Program-made: the position numbers and the translations under genes | In this document: in pieces, positions 1-14,900 of the stretch | Layout: each line of letters opens with the position of its first letter | Position numbering within the stretch: the stretch's first letter is position 1 | Notes under the pieces: generated by a model | What the model saw: the letters and a program-made list of their open reading frames with translations, nothing else | Database searches by the model: none | What the model was told of the DNA's origin: nothing | Assembly (NCBI RefSeq): GCF_002571385.2 | Contig: NW_019217813.1 | Span: 795,499 to 859,498 of the forward strand | DNA length: 64,000 nucleotides | Direction: 5' to 3' | Source of the DNA: Stylophora pistillata | Taxonomy: Eukaryota

Positions 1-328
1 CACTTGATTTTGAATCATACAACAGACAGGAATGGAGGAATGTAGAATGCAAGAATTGTGTATATTATCTTTAGCAATTAATCACGGCTAGGTGATCAAC
101 TTCAGCATTTTTCTAACTTGAAAATATCAAACAAAGAAAATTGTGGATAAAATTCAGTTACTGTCAGAATTTGAAATGTAGAAGAATAACAAGATTTCTA
201 AAAAAAATTGTAAATTAATATGAAAGTGCCATTTCACAGACTTAATAATGAAATATCCAGAACTTAAGTAAGTTGTTAGCGTAGGGAACTTGCGAAAGAG
301 CCGACTAAGGAGACCAACAGATTAGAAT

Positions 329-588
329 GCTTCACTTCGCCAGCATGTCAACTTACCGACTACTTGACGAAACCTTTGATCAACTCGCCCACAGACGTCT
401 ATGGTCACCTCGCCGACATACCGGTCACTTCGCCACATCCATGGTCACTTCTTCAAACTGCCTGCTGCGAAGATGATGGTACTCACGATAGTGCCGGCGA
501 GTCCACCAAAGCTGTCGGCGAGTTTACTAATGGTGTCGGAGAGTTGATTGTCGGCTAGTTGACGTGTCGGCGGAGTGATCGGTAACCG
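329..588. mobile_element. Degenerate MITE-like repeat built of CA(A)CTCGCC(GAC) motifs with imperfect inverted ends
   Basis: Repeated cacttcgcc/caactcgcc/cacctcgcc on the left and inverse gtcggcgag/gtcggc motifs on the right. Confidence 0.5.
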
Positions 589-2008
589 ATGCTATACTAG
601 AAAACGTGAAACATTACGTGAAACCGAATACAGTTGGAGATTTTGCTTCACGAGTAAAGTTTTCCGTGATATTCAATGTATTTAGAAAAGTGCTTGAAAG
701 CGGAAACAAATTTTATAAACAGGTTATAAAAAGCAAGTGCTATTTTGATTAAAAAATGAAAATATGTAATGGACCTTTGCACTCTTCCGCAACATTCCTG
801 TACAGTTTAATGGTAGATTCTTAACTTATAACAGGCTCTCCAGAAAGGTTACACGAATGAAAACTACTTGATTTATGCTGCTTTTGCGTTGAGTTATAAA
901 TGGGAGTGTGAGGCGGGATAGGTTAAGAACGTTCGATAACCGGCTGTGAAGCTGAAATTATGGCGAGATCTTGTGGCCGCTTGAAGAAACCTAGCACATC
1001 GAGAAAAGTTAGCTTCTTCAGTCATGGAAATCAAGTTGTTCATGCAACCCTATTAAAGATGGTGGTTACGCGCGAAAGTTGTAGGGAGTGAGAGGTACTC
1101 TTGTAGACAGCCTTCCACGCACTCAGACTCCTAAAGGCTTGTCCTTTTAGAAACTATGGCGGTTTTTGTAAAACTTCCCCAGCCGGGACCAGCGACTGAT
1201 AATCTAGGCTATATTCGTGCTCGACAGTGTGAACTGAGTTCTTAAAACGATGTGCTTTTTTTCTGTTGATACGTAATTGCTTCTGAATTGAGCAAAGGGA
1301 ACAAACTCAAAAAATGATTGACGTCAACGATTAGGAACAATTAAACGTATATTATTTGAATTTCAGGTTAATTTCCCGATAAATTTCACAACGATTTGGC
1401 GTTACATATTATTAACTATTATTTAATATAATCTCGATGGGCAATCATAGAATATGAATATTATACAGTGCGCTGTTATTTCTCGGGAATCTTGGAGCTT
1501 TTTTAAGGGAAGAATATTTGAAAAAATACAAAAGATCTTTGAAAACAACGAAGGCCTCGTAGATTGACACATTGTTTAGCGGGGTGTGTTTTTCGGTATT
1601 TAGATGATATGATATGAGCGGAGGCAATTTTGCAATATTCTTTGTTTGAGAGCCTCTAACGTAAGATTTGTCGCAAAGTTTACTGATCACTAGGGAAACG
1701 TCAGCTACTTGAAGACATCCCTGTAGAAAAGGAACTTAATTCTACCGAGATACCATTGGAATTGTCCTTTCTTTCCCCGCTGTTCATACCCTTGCTTTAT
1801 TGGCGAGTGCCTCATACTAAACAAACCAACAGTTCCTTCTACCACACCAGTTTTTCTCGCGTCAACTAAAATTTGCGAGATTTGCTGCATCGCGACTTTG
1901 TTCAAAATCGTGTTTCGTTCTGACACCTCTTCTTAATTTGTCCTCTCCATCCCGGGTTCCTTGGTTTCTCGTTACATTTTCGAATTCTTGCTTTCATGGC
2001 AGTGATGT

Positions 2009-2337
2009 TCAAAGCCGTGTTTGTTTTTGACACCTCTTCCTTATTTTTTCCACTCTTCTCTCCATGTTCTTATTCCACGTGACCACCATGCTGCGGTTGT
2101 CTACAATGATTTTCCTTCTCTGACGGGAGGATTTGATTGAGCCTGCTATTAAGTAATGCCGGCCGGGACGGAGCTTGGGACATTTGCATTTGTGGTCTCG
2201 TCTTGGAATCCAAAGGAATTCATTCCCTAATTTCAAACGGACCAATGAACGCTTGTAACGTGTCATAACGTTGACGGTCACTCGGACCCATTCTCCTTGC
2301 AATGTTCTGTCCATTCCAAGAACAGCGACTTTCATGG
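2009..2337 (-). CDS. NTN1: Netrin exon 6: NTR/C345C domain to stop
   Basis: ttag|CC ATG AAA...; AMKVAVLG...[23 protein letters not shown]...VVTW...RCQKQTRL*. Confidence 0.92.
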
Positions 2338-2866
2338 CTAATAAATGAAACAAACAAACAAAAATCATAAATGTGGTAAGATACGAAGATTATAAAGTTT
2401 TTATTAAAACAAGCTCAGACAGGGTGCTGTAATCAGTTAGTAAAGCCCTTGAGACAGCATGCCCTATTTGGTTCTGTGCAATTCATTCCTCTTCCCTGAT
2501 TAAGGTGTTGGTGACTCAAGATAATATGCAGAACGATTTTTGATGGAGGAGAAGGACGCGTTATATCTAACATCGACAGTGAAAGGAAGCAGTTGTTATA
2601 TGTCGTGAGAGACCTTCTCTGCTTCCCTCTGAGATAAACCCACCTCTCCTTCATTCCGTCTCTAATAAGCTCCATTCATCATGAGTCACCCGTCAAGAAC
2701 TTCACGTTTCTAATAAGCCTCCTGTCTTTCATGGGCCCCCTCTCCATTTCATCCCCTTCACTGGAAATTAGATGGCAGTCCCAACTCTATACCCTGATAG
2801 CGATCTAGCTTCGACTGGTCCCTCCCTTCCCCCTGAAAACCATGTGATTTCCCCCCAAACCCCACG

Positions 2867-2922
<56 letters not shown>

Positions 2923-5900
2923 ACCCCACTCCGTTGGGAAACCCTTGAAATAAACAATACCTTTGGGAGCAAATTGGAGCATTTTGGGACGATGTTCTTA
3001 ATTCCAGTTCACCCACAAGCAGCCCAAGCTCACTACCAGAAAAGCGGACGTGACTCTTACAGTGTTGCGCAACGTTTTATATTTATAAAGGTTTGTATGG
3101 GATATTATCGGTTTGCTTTAAAAGTGAGAAAAAAATGTCTTGTTTTGAAATAAAATGGACTTACCTTATTGCCTTGTTGTTTTCTTTGTTGATTACCAGC
3201 GCCCAGCGCCTCAGGCCATTTTGAAGCGTTTTCGGCGAGTTAGCGCTATATTGGTGTTCAACTGCGAAAACGCTTCAAAATGGCCTGAAGCGCTGGTAAT
3301 CAACAAAGAAAACAACAAGGCAATAAGGTAAGTCCATTTTATTTCAAAACAAGACATTTTTTCTCTCTTTTAAGGCAAACCGATAACATCCCATACAAAC
3401 CTTTATAAATATAAAACGATGCGCAACACTGCAAGAGTAACGTCCGCTTTGCTAGTAGTGAGCTTGGACTGCCTGTGGTTCACCTCGAGTGTTATCTCAC
3501 TTCTTCTGTCTATAAAAAAAAAACTTACCAAAATCTTTCCGACAGAACTTCCTTCCTGAAAGACCGCCTCTCTTGCAATGGAAGCATGCTACGAAAGATT
3601 GAAAATAAATCTTCAGATGATGGTTCTACTGATACAGCTTTGATTCACACCAAAGAGAATTTTCTTATGCGACCTTCTCTTGATTCAAATTAGTGTTGGC
3701 TCGTAATTTACGATATTTTCTCGTGTTCTTATAGAATTCCACCGGGGGTATCACGCACGCCAAACGATTCGGTTGGTTTGTTCAGAATTCTTGATTACGA
3801 AAAACACAAACTTACATGACTCAGAATCCTTGATTACAAGTCATACCCGAAAAACACAAACTTACATGACTCAGAATCCTTCATTACAAGTCATACCCGA
3901 AAAACACAAACTTACATGACTCATCGGGTTGTATAGACATCACTGGGTGGGGTGGCTCTGGAAGCAAATACAGACAAAGAAAATGAGAAGTCAACGCATT
4001 TTTTAAACAGTGCAAAAGTTTGTTCCTATTTCTCCCCTTACTTGTCTGTAGCAACGAGTTGACCTTTGTCAAGGATAAAATTTAGATATCAAAATTAAAG
4101 AAAAATAAAATAATAATAATAAAAAAAACGCTTGAAAGTAATCTAACCATATAGGTTCATTCAGTGACCACTGATTGGGAAATGAGCCAGCATTCCTAGA
4201 GGACCAAACTCAAGAAAACGGCGGAAATTAATCTCTCTTCTACAAACCTGACAGCTCATCATGCTGAAACTATCCGGTATATTTCTTTCCGTGCCCAGTC
4301 TCTGTCCTTTGCAGACCCCTCCCCTCCCCCCACCCTTTTCGTCAGTCAAGTTTCCCTGATTTCAAAAACGCCGGTGTCCGTTTGTGCCTGGGGGAGGGTG
4401 GAGATACTATGTCAGGGTTCTTGTATGCGTCGTGGCAAAGAAACCGTGTGTTTATGGGAAATATTTTACTAGTAGTACTACTACAACGAGCAGTGCGAGA
4501 CTAGCATATTACATTCGTAAACTAGTTCCAGCATATTCCAAACACGGAGAGCTTTTTTTTTTTGCGAAGAACACTCACTGATGCAAGGTGCTATGGCGCT
4601 CTTTGTGGTCTCGTAACCCGCTGCACATTTATCGCACTCTCTTCCAGTCACTCCTTCTTTGCACGGACACTGACCCGTGTTCTGATCGCAAACTTTTCCC
4701 ATCGATCCTCGCGGGTGGCAGGTACATGCTAAAAAAAAATGACCAATATCAGCCGCTTTGGGGAAGTACCGCCGCTCATTTTCGCGTCTTTGCTACCTTC
4801 ATTTTTGTCGAACCCCCCCAAAACTACCATCTACGCAAGATGGTAGTTTTGTATACTGTATACTGATATATCTCTCACAAAATTGAACAAAACACATTCT
4901 AATAATTATGAAATAAAATTCTTTTGCTTTTTTTTTTTTTTCGAAGGTTTCTAAGCAACCACGAGATCGTTTCTTTGACACTGTAAAGTAAGAGAATTAT
5001 GCGAAAATTGGTTCTGTTGATAGGTGGTCTAAAATGTTTTGCGAAAAAATTTGTTTCCATCGGTGACGACTGAAATTTCCGCTGGGAACTAAGTTTCGTG
5101 ATCAGTTTTCTGCGCAAGCAGCGGAACATTCAGCAGGCGAGGAAACACGATATTTTCAACATTAATTACTTGTTGAGTTGCAACGCACACACTTTCAGAG
5201 ACAACACAAATAATTTCTGATTGCACGNNNNNNNNNTNNNNGNGNNNNNNNNNNNCNNTNNANANNNCANNGTNNNANANNAGNGNNTNTNNNNNNNNNN
5301 ACCGGATGGAAAAAAAAGTACATGAAAACCGCGACAAATACATGACAGGTGTGTTTTGCATCGTAAGAAAATTTGTTAAAGGTGAACTAGGTCGGACAAA
5401 TTATATATAATAAGTTTTCACGGTCAGCATAAAACCACACTTTTAGCCTCTGCCCTTAAAATTATGCCCTGGAGGAACTAATTTGTGAAATTTTCTCGGC
5501 TCCTAGAAGCACACCAACAGGGACCACCACAGAGTCGCTTATCAGAGTCAGTTAGAGGCGCTGAAATTTCATCTAGGCACACGATCAAAGGAATTCACCG
5601 AACTGAACCTCTAAGGAAAGAGACTTTAAAATCTGAATTAAATAGTATTTTTAGCCTCTTTGTACTCCACGGAAAAACAGACTTTATTCAGATAATCCTG
5701 AGATTCTGCAGAGGCAGGATCGCATAATAATTAAATTAAAGTAATTTGAATACTTATTGAACTTAATCTTATCGCGAACTTGGCGTGTAGGGTACACCTA
5801 ATTTATCTTCTTATTACCCGTACTACAAGGAACTTAACGACTACGAATGGGGGGAATCATTGCTAATTGGGACTTTTCATTGAAAGTGACATCTTTTGCT

Positions 5901-8900
5901 GAAATGAAATCATAAAAAGCGATGCCAAGCGAGTAACTTGAAAAGTTTGCCTTCACGGCGCCTTTCACCTAACGAAAGGTGACTTCTCGTATACTTATGC
6001 TCGTCCCTTTCCATCGCGATGTCTGCGCTACTTGGAATAAAGCTGTGATTTAATCACAGAGGCAAATGTTGGTCTCCATTTTGCTCAGCAGCAAAGCCCC
6101 TTTATGGCTTTCTCGGCACGATGTTTCTTTTCAGCTCTTCCACTAATTAAAAGTAATGTTGTTGTGTTATCCAATGAAGTAAAGAAATCTCTCGCACCAA
6201 AGAGTAGACGATGCGACCGAACAGCGATCGAGGTATGACTCAACTTGCGCATATAGACATAGAGAAACCGTATCCTTGTAAGTTGAATGGATTAGAAATT
6301 AGGAGACTGGCTGTACAGGGACAGACCTCACATATCAAATGAGACACCGGATAATTTTAACTCTGAATTCATCTCATAATTAAAACCGATGACAAGAGAA
6401 GAATACTCAGGAAACCAGACTTAGAGATCCTCCAAAGAAAGGTAGGAATAAGACATTAATGTTTACCGCGTTCTGAGACTCTGAGGAAAAGCGCCATTGT
6501 TCGTAGATTGTCGTGGATGTGCTCAAAATTTGACTGACGGCGCCACCGTTTTGAAAACAACGCTGCAACCTGGCCGAACGTAGACTATTGTATGCGGTTC
6601 ACTCACAGCAGCTGTTCTGAGCATTGCAAGAATCAGTCAAGAGATCGCCAAAAAATACGTTCATACTTGATTACGTCACGATTCAGCGACCAGGTTGCTT
6701 AGCGGGACTAGAATGGCGGCGTCCGTAAAGAAAATTTTAACGTCCAAGGCGATCGTGATCTGGTTGATTAGGGCTACATTTGATTTGGGGGCAAGAAAAA
6801 ACAAATGCATGTTCGTTAGCAAAATAAGAAGAATTACCACTATAGAGCCATGTAATGGAATCTTACGAGAGAATCTCTTGCGGGAAGGAATAGATGACTT
6901 CAGTGTCCCGGTTCCTCCTCCCCCGCCATCCTTCTTCAAGAACGCCTTCTGCGTTTTTCCAATAATATATTTTGTTAGTCCTTAATCTGCAATATTTTTA
7001 GCTTGTATATTTCGGGCCATATAGCATGTATTTTTTCTTTTCGATATATATTTTCTCAAATTATTTATTCACTTATCATATTATAGTTTCTAATTATATT
7101 AGTTAGTATACATGTACATTTTTGTAACGAGCATCTTTTTGCTCATCAATGTTTCGTGTTTAAATAAAGTTATACTTATACTTATTTCATCATGGCTTTG
7201 TTTGAACAGTTTGATGCTATTTATGAATATTCCTGGGCTTAGAGTAAACACTGTAAAATTTAAGTGTCTGGTTCAAGAGCAGAGCACGCTGACACGGTCA
7301 AGTGTAGACTCGCACCGGTTGAAATCGAACCCCACTTGATCACCAGGTCACCAGTCTCCCACTAAAATGCAGACTAAGTTTCTATTTTTATGGACGAGTC
7401 TTTTGCAAGGAAAAGCTTTTCATTACTTCAATTGTATTTATGGCTCAGTGTGCACCGTCCAATTGAAACATAAGCGACTTGACAACGGTTACCGCGGAGG
7501 CAAGCCAAAGCATGTCTCTAATGGGCCAGTTACCCTCATGTTTGGACTGTCCCCAATAGGTTGCCAAAACGTTGGAGATCAGAAACGGATGATTTATGAC
7601 TGTTCTCAAAACAAACTTGCCTCATAACCACACAAATCCAATTTATCATGGCGAGACCTTTTCATGAAAGGTCTTTTCTTAAATGCAGGCATACATACAT
7701 ATCGGGTTCGATGGATAGTTAAAAAAGAGGGGTTGAGATTTTTGAGCCCGTTTCACCATATGGTCAAATCTCAGTAGCCGTCGAGCTGTTGTGAAAAGGG
7801 CATTTCTTCATTTTAGAAGCAGATTTTTTGCTTCTATCGTGCTCCTATCGTGAAATGTGTCTTCAAAGTACACATGTAAACTCTTCTAATCCTTTTAGGC
7901 TTCGTGTGGGCAAAGCTTAAGATAGAAATCAAAATAGACATTAAACCCAATTGATTTTATCTTCATGTCATCAAATGAGACGACTTGAATAAAGTCTGTC
8001 CACAGTATACCACGTGAACTTAAAACCGCTGTCGAGTCTCGATCCCAGAATAATCCTGTTGAACTGGCAGGTCGCCGTAAGTTTTCAAATCCAATTTATA
8101 TGTTTCCATAACTTAATCCGCGAATAGCCTTCGTGATCTGAGCTGGATAATGCGCGTTAGCCAACGCAGAAAAGTGATTCGTTTTCTTTTCATCGTGAAT
8201 TATTCTTTTCTTCATCCAGAACTGAGGCATTATCCACCCGTTGACCGTTTGCATAACGTTGCTTTCATCATAGCGTTTAAAAATAAAAATAAAAAACGAA
8301 GATGTCTCAATGGGCAGATTAAGGATAAAAAGTGGAAATCTCAGTCATTTCCTGTCATTTTCCTCTGCATTAATAGCCGTGTTAAGTGCATTTTGCCTTC
8401 TTGGCTGATCTCGTAAGTGGATTACAGGTTACTCAGTTTTAAAAGAGACCGTGAAAACAGTGACTATCGCGACATTAAGGTAAATTGCCTGGTCTACTGT
8501 TTAGGCAAACATGTTGTTCGGAAATTTTTTCCTCAAGCCTCTTTGCTCTCCGTTTACCATAATTATATGTATCTTAAGTTACTCTAAAATTAACAAGGGA
8601 TAGACAACTTTCCATCAAGAAAACACAACAAAATTAGCTGTAACTCTATCCCTTATTGAGTAAACAGGGATTTAAGATCCTTGTCTCTTTAGCTTTACTT
8701 GTTTTGCGTCCTTCACATCAATTAAAACAAATTAAATTGAATGAGTTTTTCCGGCTTAAATGAAATAATTGAAGGAATGACTAAATTTAGTTTCAATTGA
8801 CGTTATATTTTGAGACTTAAAATTCCGTATAGAGAGTTGTAATGAATGACTGAAATATTTTCTCAAGTTGAGTTTTAGCACTGTCACTTCTAAAAACAAC

Positions 8901-11900
8901 TCTTGTATTTTTTCGATCTACATCATGAGTCCACAAGCGTGACCATGATGACGGCATGCTCTCTTTCGCAAGCCTTTAAGTGACGCGTCATATATCGCAC
9001 TGTCTGGTTAAGAAATCTTCAATCATGGCCAGAAGTTTGATTATTTGTCTATGCAAACGCCGAAATAGGGTGAATTTTGCTTTTCTCTCGACCACAATAG
9101 TTCATTAATCTGTCGTAGTGACAATGACGAATCAGCATCACCATTTATGTCAAATATAAAGCTCTGGCAGATGTCAAAAAGAACCCACTTTTAAACTGTC
9201 AAGGATCTTGAACATATTAATTGTAGCAAAAAAAAGAAACAGTCGCAAAATTTAAACTACTGCACTTGGTGAACAACTGAACGGACTTCCTATGGTAACA
9301 GAAAACATAGTTTTAGGCATGAGCAAACTATTGCTGTGGTTAAAAAAAAATCCTAAAAACTGCTAAAAATTGTAGAAATAAAGTAGGGGAAAGCCTAAGC
9401 TGGATTGCAACCAAAAAGCCTTCCGTACGATGTTTTGACTCTCTTTCCTACTTCAAATTTTTTTCTTCAAGGGAGCTCTAAGGAGAATTATCTTGTCGTA
9501 GTAAACAAATACAAAATGGCCGAATGGACCGAAAATTGAGGAGAATGGTCCAGAATGAAAGAGCTTGACACGAATTTTAAATGCCTCACTTGAAATATTT
9601 AAGCCAAATTGGTTAGGATTCAAGAATTCCAAGAGACTTCTTGTTCTTGATAAGATCTTAGTTACATCAGCCTAAGAAAGCTCTTGAACTGTAAAACCTA
9701 CAATGTTTCCTTTTGGTTTCCTCGCTTTCATCAACAATCCGATTTTCAAGATTTGGCTAAGAGGTTTGAGTATGAATTTATTACACCTAAATGAGGGAAT
9801 TAGTGTCAGAAATCAGAGCCTCCTTAAGGTAAAGAATTTAGCGGGCCATTCCAACATGCACAGCTCAGTGATCGATTGTTAAACAGTCCCCCTGATCATT
9901 TCGACATAGCTGGTCACCACAGCAACGACTTACCCCGTTACACCCTTAATTTTTGGCTCCATGTGCTAATAAGCTCTGTATAATCTTTTGTTTGTTTGTT
10001 TTTTGATTTGTTTTGCTGAGCTTTTACTGTCATTTTTTGTCATTGTCACTGACATATCAAGATACAGCCCTCCGAAGAGTTTAAAAAATTATATCTGAAC
10101 AGGTTTCAGAGGCACTTTGAACTTCGGCTGTTAGACTTGGTCTTTCCAAGATAACACAGTCGTGAAAATCTAAATCGGTGTCTGAAGAGAGCAGATCAAA
10201 AAATATTTCAAAATCTTTCATGAAGCTTCGTGAGTTCATGCGTCATACCTCTTCAACAACTTTTTGTAATCGGCTTGGAAATAACGATGGTTATGAAATG
10301 AAAACAGCTGTTTAGAAGTTCAAGAGGTTTCCGAGTGCATGCTAATGCTACCATGATCTTAACTAGAACCACAAATCTCTCGGAATTCAATAATCAGTTT
10401 TTCACTTGCAAAAAGAAAAAACGTGTGTTTCCGCGAAGATTGTCCTCCTAACAACATGCGAGATATCTCGCAATCGAGACACGAATATGTTTTAGCTTAG
10501 TCATTGTTCACCACGAGCTGGTTCAGTTATTTTGCCGCAAGGGCCTTGCGTGGGCGAGGGCAGATAATGCTCTGTCTAAGTTATAAAGGAGTATTCTGTC
10601 CAAAAAGTATTTAATTGAAGCTATTTTGGTTTGTATACAATGGATTTTGACCTTTACGGTCTCGGGTAAGCATGGTTTTTAAGGGAAACATTAGAGTGGA
10701 AATAAAACACGGTATTTTTCATGAGTTCAACTCAAAATAAGAAGGGAATAAAGAGATGTTACCTAAATATATCATACGGGCTACATTTCGGTTGAATTTT
10801 TCAAATTCTCGACTTCGGAACCCGCTGGTTTGTGCTTACACTGTCGCCTTTCGCTCGTCTTTTCTGACCACTATAACGAGGATGCATATGGCCTCACTTG
10901 CACAGCGTCAATAAAAACAATTAACAAACGTCACTTACGTCTACAGACTCTTCTGTCTGTGATATCCTTTGAAGAGTCCTTGTAATATCCCTCTTTGCAG
11001 TAATGGCAGAACCTTCCAGCCGTGTTGTGTCTGCAGTGTATGCACACCCCGCCACTGTGGCCACCAGACAACTTGAACAATTCCATGTTAAACACACAAG
11101 CTTTGGCGTGTAAGTTACAGTTGCAAGCTAAACAAAAACAAACAAAATAAGTAAAAATATATGAGAAAATACATCTATGTATTTTTACTCTAAAGATCCG
11201 ATTCTTAATTCTCTCTTCTAGACGTTATACACTTTCTTGTGAGCTGGTTAAGAGAGTTCAGTGCTCCATCAAGAAAACACCTTTGGGTGAAGATGAGTTT
11301 GTCTGTTTTTCAAACCAGTCCCTCTTTCTAGCTTTTCACTGAGAAATGATTCCTTTTACCTTTAGATTTGTTCACAAAAACGACCACTGGTTATTTTCAC
11401 ACGAGAGAAATCATCAGTAGAAAAGTAATGCTGACCCTGTCGTGAATGTTTACGCGTCAATATCATTAGTAAACGACCTTTGTAATAACAAAAAAAAAAA
11501 ACGAGCAAGTTTATGTTATCACCAAAATGTACGGTCATCTATAGAATGGGGTTCTACAATTTCCTACAGGCTTATTTCACACCAAATCTTTATAAAAACA
11601 TTGGAGATTGACAGACAAGCAGGCTACGGGCAATGTCCCAAGACGCATTTTCTGCCCTCTGCTACGATTTATGAATTCTACCCAGCATGAAACTACAATT
11701 TTGTGTTGTCAATGGCAGCCGATCACCAGCTAACACTTCATTAATCACTGCACACTTCGGAGACTGCTTCATCCTTGTGGCGGACCGACAAAGCCGCATC
11801 AAGATCGTGCTGGATCCGTTTGGAAGACAGGTGAAGCCGCAAATCTTGTGCGGGTATTGAGCTTGGTCAGCACTTGTCAAAATCAGCGGAAATTGCAGAA

Positions 11901-14900
11901 GCTTAAAAGTTAATACATCTACATCTATTAAGTCCCGCATCCATCTTTTTTAAGTATATTACAATACGACTCAGCTGGTATCTAAAAGGAGGAAATTACC
12001 GGCGACACACAGATCGTTGTAGTAAATTGAAAATGTCAAAAGAGTCATACTCTCCTTTGAAGGTCTGTAACGAGGGCCTAAATAGCCCGTAAATGAGACA
12101 TTTAACGTGTTTAATGTTCAGTTAATCGACTGGTTTAGTAAACAGAAAGCTTTCATAACATAAATTGTTTTTCAAGTAATTTGCCTTGCAGAAGAGATAC
12201 CCCACTGTTTACCTATAAAAACAACGTTCTTTCATGTTATCAAATCATCACACAAGAGCGGAAATATCATTGTTCTGAACGACTACGTGATGCAAGCATT
12301 TGGCCCGTTGCGTTGTTCAAAACAGCTGCAATAGCAGACTGCCAGAAAAAGATATGAGAACTTCCTGAAAAAACCCAAAATGTTCTAATGACTCATGAAT
12401 CTCCTTAAAGGTTTTTGGCGGAAGTTAGATTAATCGTCTCAAATTCTATTAGTTGCTGCAGAGATTGATATCCTCCAGTTTAAGATAGGACACATGCAAG
12501 CCCTGCTATATTTGATAGATTTTTGCAATTTTTAGCAATCTCCAAATCCTGATATCTGGAGGCCACGAAAAGAAACACGTCCTACAATGACATTATTCAG
12601 TGACCCAGTAAATGCAAAACTGGCGAAATTTAACAGCTAAACATAAAAAGCTTTTCGATTGCGTTAGATAGAATCTGACCAATTTTCAGACCCTCTTAAT
12701 AAGCCATTCGTAGGAATTTTTTACCTTCAAATGTAATACAACTTCATTTATAACATATCTGCATCGATCCTTAAATGTGCAACAAAAAGGCCTTTGGTTA
12801 AAATATAAATTCCGCCTCGTGGTGTTGATCGGTCATAGAAACTTGATTTAATTAAGCAAAATCACATAAATTTTATTCCACCTCCTTCGTTAAGGCAGCC
12901 TCTTAAGCTATGATTATATAATATTCCCTTCCTTTATTGGTTCTTTGTTTCTTTGTTTTGGGTTTTTGTGATTTTCATGTCGCCAAGAAGGCGCATGCAA
13001 ACCGTTTTTTAATAACGTCCACTTTGTAATATCGAAATGAGTTCGCGGAAACGCGATAAATTCTTTTGCTTCCCTCTGGGTTTTGTAAAATTCTTCAGAG
13101 ATAAATAAAGGACGGTAACAAATTTTTCCATACAATTGTTATTCAGTAAAGAGCAGTTACTAATGGAAAGGTAATGCTGCAAGACTAGAATATATGTATA
13201 TATAAAGTTTTGCTACTATCTTTTATTGTCTCGATTGGTGTCGATATCTCTAAATTAGAGGTCGCTATAGGGCTGTTTTAAATGCATGGCAGCTACAAGA
13301 TGGTAGGCACTCATTTATTTCGAAGCACACTTGTAATATCAGAAGTGAATTTATTTGCGATGTCTCTTAATTCCAACGAACGAGCGGTTCAGAAAAAAAA
13401 AAACAAAAAAGCAAAAACCAATAAGCATTGACTTGATCATTCCAATTAAACGTGTACGTATGAGTAAAGTTTGAAAGTTTAGGCCATCGCTGTCCAGATT
13501 CGCGCTGAGTAAGACTATCCTTTGCGTGTTATTATGTACGGAAAGAGACGAATTATGACAGATCAACACCCTCGTTAATGTACAGAGAAAATAGCTGTCT
13601 TTAGGAGGTAACACCTCATTTATTGTCCACTAACTCGACATCAGACATTCAGGGACCTCAGCGTGATCCTTTGTGTCTTTGTAGGAATGCCGCAACTTTT
13701 GCGCATTAAGAACCGAAACCTCAAAATGGTTGCTCCGACGAACTTGAGGTAACAACTGCTGAATCAAAGGCAAAAGTCCACTTTGAGATGCGTTTTCCAA
13801 ACTCTAGATAGTGCTTTTTTGCGTCAATTTGTACACACTAATTAGACTTAAATTAGAATCGACGACAGTTAGCCCGATAAGAGGGCAAATTAGCGAACGC
13901 AAACATACTCAAAGGAACAATGCAAGACCACGTAAACAGTCTCAATCAATGATGGTAGATAAATGATAATCCATTAACTGAAAAATTAAACAGGAAAAAA
14001 AAAATCATTTGTGTCGCTCACCTACACATTCGTTTGCAGAGGACTCGGTCGCAGACCTCCACGGTCGGTCGTTGAAAAATGCTTTACATTGCTCGCAGTT
14101 GCTACCAGTCGTGTGGTGCTTGCAATCGCAAACTGGTTTCCCGTCACGGCCGATTGGGCACCGAGCGGCATGTCCGTTACAGCGGCATCGTCCACCAACC
14201 GCAAAGTCGGACACGGCGTAATAATAATAATCTTGTTTCCTTTTGGACGCGCTAGTGCGGTCGAAGACAATTCTGATGTTGGTCGCGCTCACCCACTCTT
14301 GAAGAATATGGCTTGATTCAAAATTATTAGCAGAGGGCCGTCCCTCCAGGGTGCTGAACGCTATGCGGCTCCCTTGAAGAGGCTGTCTAAGATGTACATC
14401 GGTACACAATGATTCTTGCTCATTTTCTGTGCTGGCTAAAGATTTGCTAGGCCTTCCATACATCCTACTGCATGAGCTAGAATAAAATTGATACGGTTGC
14501 CATCTCTTGCCGAAATCCACCGATTTGTAGATGGCCATAGAGTCCGGCCTCGGGCCGCAGAACTGTAGGCTAATATAGGTGATGTCGTAGGTTTTACCAA
14601 GAGAGAGTGTAAGTGACACGTTCTGTCGGGATTGCTTAGGATCCGCCAGCCAGCAAGTCACATTATTTTGGTTGTGCAGATCAGTGAGATATTTGACAGA
14701 ATGCGTCTTGCTTGGAAATCTAGAGTCACACACATCGCATGTATATCCGCGGAGTTCCCATTTGCAAAATTTTCGTGGAGGCTTGCCACAAGTCTGGCTT
14801 GCATTGATGTCTTTCCCGTACGCCAAGTTGTGAAATTCTGGTAAACATCTTTGAGGCCTTCCGTAGTTGTCGTAACAAGAGTTTGTCAAAGGGAACGACG

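Noticed and set aside
2758-3016. CVCVCV ORFs
   Set aside because: Translation of the (AC)n microsatellite
11662-11940. 92-aa ORF inside netrin intron 1
   Set aside because: No recognisable domain and not needed for the netrin frame; cannot be supported without a database search
14009-14844. Antisense and alternative-frame ORFs over netrin exon 1 (likewise over the GPCR and cyclase exons)
   Set aside because: Shadow ORFs of real coding sequence
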